Both the position numbers and the translations under genes were made by a program. The notes beneath the pieces were generated by a model. The model was not told the DNA's origin and did no database searches. It saw only the letters and a program-made list of their open reading frames with translations. DNA of 63,899 nucleotides, the filler included. It is 13 parts of 13 records of this genome, joined end to end, with 100 filler letters (N's around TTAATTAATTAA, not from the genome) between each part and the next. Parts side by side here need not be neighbours in the genome. Positions count along the whole stretch, not along the records: positions 1 to 3,679 come from SRR15195285_1592; positions 3,780 to 8,293 come from SRR15195285_1598; positions 8,394 to 12,068 come from SRR15195285_1603; 10 more parts are not named here. The stretch is one strand, 5' to 3'. This document shows, in pieces, positions 1-9,286 of this stretch (position 1 is its first letter; each line of letters starts with the position of its first letter).

Positions 1-28
1 CACACACACACACACACACACACACACA
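1..28. repeat. (CA)14 microsatellite at contig start
   Basis: Directly visible CA dinucleotide run. Confidence 0.95.
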
Positions 29-668
29 TTTCTCAGCCCGGTCTGCTGCGTTGTTAGGGACGCCTGTCAATTATATTTGAGCACCACATTCTCATGGTTG
101 TCGTACCGGGATAGGATCCTCAAAACCAGGAGTGCCTTGCCACTCCTCGCGAATTGTCTCCTGTGGAGTTGGGGACAGACACCAACCTTTGAGAATGTGC
201 AGAGCTGTAAGGGCGAATGATGTCAACCCTACAACTAATCACAGCTTGGTTCGTAGTAGCATCGATCAGCCCGAGCAGGCAGGATCGTAGTGCTTCCGCA
301 CCGCGTTGTCAAAAGCAAACCAACTCAGCGCCGCAAGTGGTAGCGCAACAGCAACAGCTTGAACCACTCTGTGTTCCACACGCAATGGCAATTTCAGTTC
401 GAGCACCCTGTCAATTTGATGGCCGATTGAAAGGCTCAGTACCGATTGTCTGCGCGGTCTTCATCCATCCATGTCGCTCGACAGCAGCCGAGCGGTTCCG
501 TCGGAGACACTCGCTGAGATAGATGCAGCGAGCAACGATTGGGCTCGCGGAAGAACACCAGAATTGCAACAAGCTGCAGTTACAACGACCCCGGTGCAGA
601 AGACGTGTACTATACACAGTCAGCCACCAGACATTTGGCGAGGAAGGCAACATCAACAACACCTGCGT

Positions 669-1154
669 CTATCTACGCACCAACCCAAGCACTCCGAGCG
701 CAATCCGTTGCCATTGTTCCACGCAGTCTAGCATTGATGCTGCGCTATGGATAGATGTGGCACACCCACGCCTTTGAGCTTTCCCCCGCGCTTCGCGGAG
801 GCTCGAGGCGCGCTGCTTTTCATACTCGTCACTACCCAGTACTCGAAGATGGATGCCGGTCCGGTACTTGAAAATAAGATGGTAGGCTAACACGTGGCCA
901 ACCGTTACGTAAACGATCACTACCGAGCAAACGAGGCCTAAACTACGCCAGAAAAACTCGCGTCTACACTGGTTGACGATGGAACCGAGGCAGGCTAGTC
1001 GCTCAACCTCTGGAGTGTCGACTTTCAGCATACAGCGGAGCGTCCACTCTAACATCGGCAGCGCCGCCGAGACCAAACCGGCCATGCCCACTACAGTTGT
1101 CAAGACGAATATCACCCACTGCGGTCGCAAAAGCTGCGGCCCTGCCTGCGACAT
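669..1154 (-). CDS. Hypothetical small membrane protein (3' end possibly spliced)
   Basis: ORF from ATG 1154 (MSQAGPQLL...) with two hydrophobic segments (WVIFVLTTVVGMAGLVSAAL; LGLVCSVVIVYVTVGHVLAY). It lies divergent from the SET gene. No family recognised. Confidence 0.4.
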   Translation of the reverse strand: MSQAGPQLLRPQWVIFVLTTVVGMAGLVSAALPMLEWTLRCMLKVDTPEVERLACLGSIVNQCRREFFWRSLGLVCSVVIVYVTVGHVLAYHLIFKYRTGIHLRVLGSDEYEKQRASSLREARGKAQRRGCATSIHSAASMLDCVEQWQRIALGVLGLVRR

Positions 1155-2008
1155 GGCATCCGTGCAGCTACAACTCGGAAGATCGTTGAAAGACCGAACC
1201 ATTCTGCCAGTGCACCTGTCTCGGTGTCCTGTGCGGCCTAGAACATTTGTAGCACCATCGCCGGTTCAATGGTTCTCAGCCACTCATCACTTGCCGAGGT
1301 TCGTCCTTAGCCAAAACGTACCCACTACCATATCGATATTCCACCCAGCATACAGTGCGCTCCTCCTACTCTGCGAAACGAAAATGTGTACACACGGCCT
1401 CCGACTATAGCCAGATGGCATTCGTAGGACGTAGCCCCGTCGCCATCCTAGGTCTAGTACTGCATTATACCAGAGTACTGTACTGCACAATGTCGTTCCT
1501 GCCTACCGGTATATAGTGAGGTGCGACGCTGCCTTGGGCACTGCGTGCCTCGCTACGGTACGCTTCGGCAGCCGACCTGGCGCACGCACCCCCAGCCCGG
1601 CTGCTCGGTCGATATACCCATTATGTCGGTATATGTACGAATGCGGTACTCGCGCTCGCGCCGCGCGCGCGACAGATGGAGAGGCATATATATTCCATAT
1701 ATTTATGTAATGCATGGTGCACGCGCGCGCGCGTGCGGGCGCTCTCCGCGCGTATTGCGATAAATATCCGCCGGCGTACGGCGACTTCGTTCTTGATGAG
1801 CACGCGCGCGAGCGAGGCGCGCGCGCGGGAGCGAGGCCGCGGTAGAACACAAGAACAGTCTGCGTCTGGTCCTACCTTAAGGTACAGGTATGCAGGCTAC
1901 AAGAATCAAGATGTAAGTTCGTCAGGTGGTTGCTGATCTGCAGCGAGACTACACGTCAGTTGCGCAAGTTGCGGCCTGGAGCGCTGGGTTCAGGCCGAAC
2001 GTCCAGCC

Positions 2009-2644
2009 ATGGCGCGGCTCGCAGCGCATAGACTGGTGGTGGCGCAGCGCCGACTGCTGGCGCAAGGAGCGTCTTTCCAGTCGCGTCGGCATTGGATCCA
2101 TTGCTCGCGGCGATCGCTCGATGACGTGCCTGGTCATCGCCACCCGGCATTCAAGCTGTCGGCGCGCAGCGACACGGTAGCCGAACACAACCAGAACAAC
2201 GACGACCAGAGTAAGCGGACCGATGCGCCTCGGGCCCTGCGAGCCGCGCGAGCATTACAGACCGGCGAAACTGTCCACCAGTTTCACCCCAGCGTCGTTC
2301 TTGGACCCGAAGCATCACACTGGACGCTGCAGATTGGCGCGACGGAGCACGTCGACTTAAGCCATCACGTACTGCGAAACATTAACCACGCCTGCAAGCC
2401 TAATGTGAAGCTGGACGGCCTGAAGTTCGAGGCATTGTGCAACATTGCGAAAAACGACGAGCTGTTTTTGGACTACAACGCTTCGGAATACGACTTGCAA
2501 GGCGGAACGTTCGTCTGTGCATGTGGGGCCGTGGACTGTGTCGGAGAGGTGCGTGGTTGGGCATACCTAGACGAGGCACAGCGCAGCGCGCGGCAGGAGC
2601 GCTGCCAACCATGGCTGCTAAACGCTAAAAATCGTAGCCGTTGA
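2009..2644 (+). CDS. Small SET-domain protein with post-SET zinc cluster (putative protein lysine methyltransferase)
   Basis: SET signature INHACKPN (NHSCxPN), ELFLDY (ELxxDY), and post-SET FVCACGAVDCVGEV (CxCxxxxC). Confidence 0.88.
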   Translation: MARLAAHRLVVAQRRLLAQGASFQSRRHWIHCSRRSLDDVPGHRHPAFKLSARSDTVAEHNQNNDDQSKRTDAPRALRAARALQTGETVHQFHPSVVLGPEASHWTLQIGATEHVDLSHHVLRNINHACKPNVKLDGLKFEALCNIAKNDELFLDYNASEYDLQGGTFVCACGAVDCVGEVRGWAYLDEAQRSARQERCQPWLLNAKNRSR

Positions 2645-2922
2645 ATTGACCTACACACTGTACACAAGTGTTGCATCGAGGTGTTCCGATTGAGGGAGTT
2701 GTGTCGTGCTCTCCTCGAGACCACGCTTAGGTGACCGCACAGCTCCAGCTCGATACGTGCACTGTTCACGTGGTCTGGTGCTAGTGCCAACGGCTGGAGG
2801 GCAATTACATGTACCTGGGTCCTTGACGATGACAGCGGGAGCCATCTGTACGCTCATGCTTGGCTACTGGCGGCGAGAATGAGGCTGCGCTGCCAGTCGT
2901 GTACCTCGGAGATGATGCCACA

Positions 2923-3679
2923 TTACGAATACCGATAACGTGCCTCACGATCTGCACATGCCTGCTCAAACGCACGTGCGTTTCGACGCTGTTTGTGCCG
3001 CCGCCTTGATAGCAGCTCTGCCATCTCCGCCTTCTCTGCCGTGTCATGCTCCCATGCTACCTTTTGCTGTAGTACCGAGCTTCCGTGTGGCCCGTGCCCG
3101 GAAGTTACAGCTGACACCAGTAGCGAGTCTACCGTCCTCACATTACGACACGTTGTATGCCCGCGATCAGGCGGTGTGCTGGAGCGCAGCGTGCTCCACA
3201 GAGGCTTGCAATCAAATCTTGGGGCGGCAATGGTGTCTGCGAGCCGCTCGGTCAGTCTGCGCTGCTGCCGTGCCGCTCGAGCGCGCCCCGTCCGACTTGC
3301 TGGTGGCGCAGCGAGCTCGCCAGAAGACAGCACGCTCGTAGAGAGTTCTCGCTGGCCTGGAAGTTTGTCATCGACCCACGCACGTAGTTCGTCCCGGGAA
3401 GTACGTGCAGTTGTGTCGGTTGCCGCAATCTTCATCTTCCCCAAGTACAGGTCCTGCTCCCTGCAGCCACAAATCAAGAGCCCTCAGCGAACTGTGCTGC
3501 AGCAAATCAATTTCGGAAAAGCGTGCTGCGCACCCTTCAGGTTCGGGGTGTTCATCTTCACGCCCTCGAGCGTCCGTGCCGTTGGACTTCGGGTGGGCCA
3601 ACCGATTGATCGTCGAGATCCGAGCTTTCGCACTACGCGTCACGCTGGCCTTCTTGCTGCTGCTGCTGCTGCTGCTGCT
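2923..3679 (-). CDS. Hypothetical protein, 5'-partial, probably one intron
   Basis: ORF 2923-3477 can be joined in frame to the upstream ORF (3368-3643 frame) through a GTGCGC...CTGCAG intron. Charged helical C-terminus; no family recognised. Confidence 0.35.
3654..3679. repeat. (TGC)n trinucleotide repeat at contig end
   Basis: Visible run; the contig breaks inside it. Confidence 0.9.
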
Positions 3680-3779
3680 NNNNNNNNNNNNNNNNNNNNN
3701 NNNNNNNNNNNNNNNNNNNNNNNTTAATTAATTAANNNNNNNNNNNNNNNNNNNNNNNNNNNNNNNNNNNNNNNNNNNN
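3680..3779. other. Artificial contig spacer (N44-TTAATTAATTAA-N44). Identical spacers at 8294, 12069, 15739, 21683, 25568, 30427, 34365, 43787, 48216, 52445 and 56939, each 100 nt
   Basis: The same 100-nt layout occurs 12 times, and the 12-mer places stop codons in all six frames. Confidence 0.99.
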
Positions 3780-6700
3780 AGCGAAGAGTCGCACAGCACT
3801 AGCCCGGCGAACATGCTGAATGGCTGGGCCGTTGATGGATGCCATTGGTAGCACTCGGCTGCTTTTCACAACCGATGCCTGCGTCTTTGATTGCTCTGGC
3901 ACGACCAGATCGCCTGGCCAGAGCTCAGTGGGTTCAGTGGCAGTCAGATTAGCCCACACATCTGATAGAAAGTTCTTTGCTTCCACCGAAAACGTGTACA
4001 TGAAGTTCTGTTGCAGATCAGCGGGCCCCAAAACTGGACGAGCACCGGTCAGCAACGACCTGACATGTGCAGCCGTGGCACCGATCGTGGCATCCAGCTG
4101 GTTGCACTCGCCGACTGTAGACCGGCAACTGTCGCTCAACGTCAACTCCGGCCCCACCACATATATAGAAGACAGATATGACAAGCTACTCGCAAATGCC
4201 TCACACACCTCACCATTAGCGCATCCATATGCTAATCCAATAATGGGAATCTGCTTTATCAGCTCTACTGTGGCAGCGCAATCTTCTTCAGCGCCATCTA
4301 GGTAACCGCAGAACCCGCAACTCTCGTCGCACATGTGCTGGAAGATGCAGGTAGGGCAGAAAAAGGTCTCACAATCATTAACAACGTCGTCTCCAATTTG
4401 CAAGTTGCCCGCCAGCGCCTCTGCACATGTCGCACTCGCGGTATACGACATCAGGAGATCCTGATCTAGGCAAGTCGATGAGTCCAAGCTGAACCCGTTG
4501 TCCACACATCGGTAGATCACCGATCCAGATTCGTCCAACATAGGCGTCACATCGATGTCCCATATGAAGCTCAAGTCCCGGCCTCCGCTGTGAAATGAGT
4601 TTCCTGCATTGATTGTCACGGAATCGCAGTGCCCAACAACAGCTGGCACGTCTAGCACTGCCACAGCCTTCTCGGCGTTTTCAGCCTTCTCCAATATAAT
4701 GCTGCCTGATGCCGCGTATGAATTCTCGTTGGTGACTAGAATTGCATCCTCCCGTAGCCGCAAAGAATCGCCAGGCTCAACCATGTTTGGATGAAAATGG
4801 CCCATCACAAGGTCCAAAACCTGATCGTCTCGCCATATGCAGTACGGACCGACACCGTAGCGACCGTCAGCAACCTCGGCTATCATGAACGAACAGCCTC
4901 CAGCGCTCTTCATCCTAGCTTTATTCGTTGAGCGATCAAAGTGCAGACGTATCCGCGAGCCAGCCGAGATGAATGTAGCGTTCATGATCTGCGGTGCAGG
5001 CAAAGGCTTAATGTCCACATGTGTGCGCCGAGCGACCGTCGTGATGTTAAAGAAAGTATCGGACATGTCAACACATACTTCGCAGGTCAACGGGCATAGT
5101 TGCGACAGAATCTTTGTCACAGTGACATCCTCGATCGTCCGTAAACGCAAGGAATCGCAAGGAAAGATGGCGATCGCATCGGCACACGTCGGCACACCAA
5201 AGTACTGCAGAACGTCCGACTCCCCAGAGTTATCACACGCCTGATACAATCGACCAGGATCGGCGTCGATCTCGCAGATAAACGGCATTGTTTTTGAACC
5301 CCAGTTGCCGAGTTCTACACCAACATTGGCTGGGTCAAACGCGACCTGCTGTGTCTTAAGCAACTGGGAAGCTTCATAGAACGAGCCGAGATCATTTGCG
5401 TCATTCAGAAACAGTTGATTAGGCTCTCCTGAGTTTAGAACGATGATATCTGCAGTTCCATCGCCATTGTAGTCCCCCGATATTGCGCCAACGGACCGTT
5501 TTGCATGGCGGGTGATCGGCCTACCAGTCAGCTCCGTAAATGCTCCTGGTATTGTCCTGCTGCCCTTGAAATACTGATTGGGCTGGCCGTAGTTGACCAG
5601 AAAGATGTCCATAGACTGATCATTGTCCCAGTCGAACGTCAATCCACCGTATGTGTTGGTCGCGGTTTGCTCCAACGGGTGCTCAGCAAAATTATCAGCG
5701 TCTGTCATCGTCGCAAATTGATGCACGCCAGTGCACAACCCTGTAAACCAGCACTCGTAGACCAAAGTAGAGTACATTGACGTGTTGAGCAGCGCAATTC
5801 CAGACTGTGACGTCGTCGGTTGCCATGTGATTGTTCCATCTGACGCCTCAACCATGGTCAGCTCACCAACACTACTGAGGTACAACTTGTTGTACACTCC
5901 GTTGATACGCAGCTCGTCTTCAACTCCATCGCCGTTCCAATCTGAAAAAATGTTGCCCGTCACGACTGCACTGCCAGGTAGAGTCTCAGCCATCTTCGAC
6001 TGCACAAACTCGAGGTCCACATGCGTCCCGTCCGTGAACTGCCACACGTTGTCCATCGACGCTGGCTTCACTCGGATGGACGCAGGATCGTCATACGGCA
6101 CCGCGCAATCTGCTGTCGCAGAACCAGAGGTGCCACAGATTGGCAGGCCGCTGCAGTCTCGGTCCAGCCCGGTACAGTCCATTGCATTGCTGTACAGCCC
6201 AGTCATGTACTGACTTGTCAAATCGGATGAATAATGCAGAAGCTGCGTGTACTCCACTTCGGTATTAGGACTTGCCAGATGTCCACCGTAACGATCTAGA
6301 CAGAACAATTCAGCATCCCAGAATGCGCGTCGCTCCTCTGTTCCGAGCAGGTGGTGGTCCACGCCATCGCGCCCCAGCGTCACGTCAACGTCATAAGTGC
6401 CTGCAGGAAGCGTCGGCGCAGAGAAAAACCGAGTACCGGGCTTGGGCGTGTCGTACCCGCGTACGTCCAACTCACAGAACGCTAAGTCTCCATATACCAT
6501 ATTATCGCCAAAGGCAACTCGGATGCTATCAGACACCACGCGCGAAACGAACACGTACCGACCCTCACAGTTACCTGAGTTTGTGGTGACATCGTTGTAA
6601 ATCCGATTCGAGTCCGCGTCTAGTCCCACCTGGTCCTCACTGGTGAACATAAGGCAATAATCGTCACTATCGAACTGTCGAAAGTTACCGTTGTCTGTTA

Positions 6701-8291
6701 CAAACACCTTGGACCCCAGAAACTGATACCAGTAGCTCGTCGTGCTGCCAGTCAGGCTCTTGATGGCAACGAAAATGGAAGTCACTAGATAGTGGGACTC
6801 CAGGTCCAGTCGTACGAAGTCGCTGATGCCCTCTTCGGCACACATGGAGTCTGGGTTGGCAATGCAGTGCCCTACGAAGCAGTCCGCTGTCACACAGTCC
6901 AACGTGCTGCACTCGAACCCCTGGTCCACGAGGTTCGTCGGACGCGCGACAGCGCCCGTCGGGTACGAGTCTTCAAACAGCCACGCGTTCGGGTCACCGG
7001 CATGCGTGACCAGGCTAGGCGTGGCAACAGGAAAGATCCCAAACTGCGGTAGCGTCCAGTCATAATCCCACCTGATCAGCGTCCCTGCGGCCCGAAAGCC
7101 AGACCGCCTTGGCGGCGCACCAAGCCCGGGGAACAGACTGGGCTGGTGAGTAACATTGCCTCCTGTGAGGAATGTTGATGCCGCACCCTGGTTGTGCACG
7201 ATGGTGGCAGCAACATCGTCCGCCCCAGTGTCGGTGGGGTTTCCAAACTCATCGTGGACGAAAGCCGTGACGAAGATGGTGCTCTCTGCCACGGCTGGGT
7301 CGCTCACATACATGTCCGGTATGTACATATAGCTTGAGTCGGGATCAGCAGCGGCCGGCTCGACAATCACCTGCAGCGCACGGCCGCCAACGCGAACGCC
7401 CAGGTCGAACTCGGAATCGGTCGGGTCGTCACGGAAGAATATGTCCATGTAGTACGAGCCCGCCACCGTCTCCGAATAAGTGACGTTCCACAGCCACGGG
7501 GTGTCCTCTGCTGTTGGGCTGAAGCGGATTACGCTCGGTGCGCACGGCGGGGTCAGGCCGAGGCGTGCCAGCAAGTCGTATAGGTCACCCCCGAACGCAC
7601 GGCAGCTGGGCAGGCTGGATCGCGTAGTGAAGTCTGCAGCTGACAGGCCAGCCTCCGCCCCCACACGCACGCGGTCGACATCGACCACCTCAATCGTAAA
7701 CCAGTTGCTCTCGCCGGCAACGACATGAAACTCGGCAGCCTGAACCACGAAATCCAGCGGCGACGGCTCGCCGAGGCGTCGGCGGTGGCTGGGGCCTGCA
7801 CCAGTCTCTACCAGGACGCACGGTGGTCGGGTTCCTTCGCTGCTGCTCGCTCCGCAGGGCACGCCTGCGGCGAGAACCGCGTCGGCGCAGCACCCATCAC
7901 TATCGCCTTCCTGCTGCCCGCATCCCGAGTCGCAGCCGCCGCAGCTGGATGGGCAGCACGCCAGCCGCCCTGTGACGCCCAGCTCCGACACCAGCCCCAG
8001 CGTGCCGCCAAGCCGACCGCACTCCTCGCCTGCCCACCCCGCTGCCGCCTCTCCGAACGCAGCTGTTCCAGAAAGACTCGCCTGCTTCGCCCAGCCGCCG
8101 GTCACCGCACTTGCTGCCACACCGCTCAGCGAACAAACAAACATCCCCAGCAGCACGATCCACCTTGGCCGGCGCCGCCGCCTCCTCTGCTGCGTCGCGA
8201 TAGAGCAGGGCGCAGCCCGACGACTCCGCCCATCCTCATCGCCAGGGTCAGGGCTGTCCATCCCCTCGGCCATCATCACGGCCATCATCAC
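3780..8291 (-). CDS. Large cell-surface protein, 3'-partial: signal/anchor, filamin/Ig-like repeats, F5/8-fucolectin-like domain, C-type lectin, FG-GAP repeats, Cys-rich modules, start of a PKD/REJ-like region (polycystin-1-like)
   Basis: RRRRRRPRWIVLLGMFVCSLSGVAAS leader; AFVHDEFGN...AGTYDVDVTLG (filamin-type); VRLDLESHYLV...CEGRYVFV...LAFCELDVRGY (F5/8-like); FWDAELFC...GGHLAS...WQFTDGT...MPFICE (C-type lectin); DWNGDG, DWDNDQSMDIFLVN, GDYNGDGTADIIVLN (FG-GAP); VVGHCDSVTINAGNSFHSGGRDLSFIW and YTFSVEAKNFLS (typical of protist REJ proteins). Confidence 0.8.
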
Positions 8292-8478
8292 GGNNNNNNN
8301 NNNNNNNNNNNNNNNNNNNNNNNNNNNNNNNNNNNNNTTAATTAATTAANNNNNNNNNNNNNNNNNNNNNNNNNNNNNNNNNNNNNNNNNNNNAGTATGT
8401 CAGCAACCACCACAGATGGAACATCTACTGTTTGCAGTGAGGTCGTTGGCTAGCGTGTATGAATGCAAACTGCTGTAC

Positions 8479-9102
8479 TTACAGCAATGCCTGGGTTTTC
8501 CCACACGAAGGTGGCGACGCGACGAACAACCCAGCTGGTGTGCTGCTCAGGAACAAAACGCGGCAACACCGATGCATCAATGGCAGTAAGCGCCAAGAGC
8601 AACAATGGGTCGATAGAGTGGCACCACTCCGCGGAAATTTTGCGTTGGTAGAGAGTGTATGTTTGCAGCTGGGTTGTGGCTCGGTTGCTTACGCTCGGGT
8701 GTTCGTTGTTGAGCGTCACTACTAGAGCCGCCATAAAGAAGGCCCACAAGAGCGACCACATCATCATGGACCACATCATGTACTGCACAACAAAACACCC
8801 ATCGCACAATACAAAGGTCAATTCGCCGTGAGTCGTTCCAGGACGCAGAAAGGAGCTGCTGAGGACTCGTTCATTGGGTTACCTGCAACATCAACTTCAA
8901 AAATGGTGCAGAGGCAATAGCGGCGAATGCTAGTTTCCATGACCGCGGCGGCTCCTCTTCTCGCTTCTGTCTCTCCGCGGCAGTCCGTGCTGGAAGCCGC
9001 CCGAACTCTTCGGCGCAAATATAGGCGGAAAGAAAGGCTAACAGGGCGACCAAAACAGCATATGCCACCCCGCCGACCCACTCCACAACAGCTCCTAAGG
9101 CC
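8479..9102 (-). CDS. Spliced membrane-protein exons (start unresolved, runs off contig)
   Basis: Hydrophobic exon VGGVAYAVLVALLAFLSAY...LKLMLQ ends at a GTAACC donor. The TTGTGCAG acceptor then leads in frame to YMMWSMMMWSLLWAFFMAALVV..., which ends at a GTAAGT donor. Confidence 0.5.
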
Positions 9103-9286
9103 CTGTGTGTGGGTTGCGTACTATCACTTAGGTAGTCCTGACCCTACCCGTAACCCACCCCGTCGGAGCGGCCGCTCTTTCGCCACCTCCAGCTCCTCTA
9201 TATCTACAGCGCGTGCCTGCGCGTGCCGGTGTAAGTGTAAACATCCCAATGTGAAAGGAGTCTCCTTCATTGACAACACCTCGCAG

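Noticed and set aside
3680-3779. Regularly recurring TTAATTAATTAA palindrome flanked by Ns
   Set aside because: Artificial six-frame-stop linker used to concatenate contigs; it is not a repeat family or a CRISPR array.
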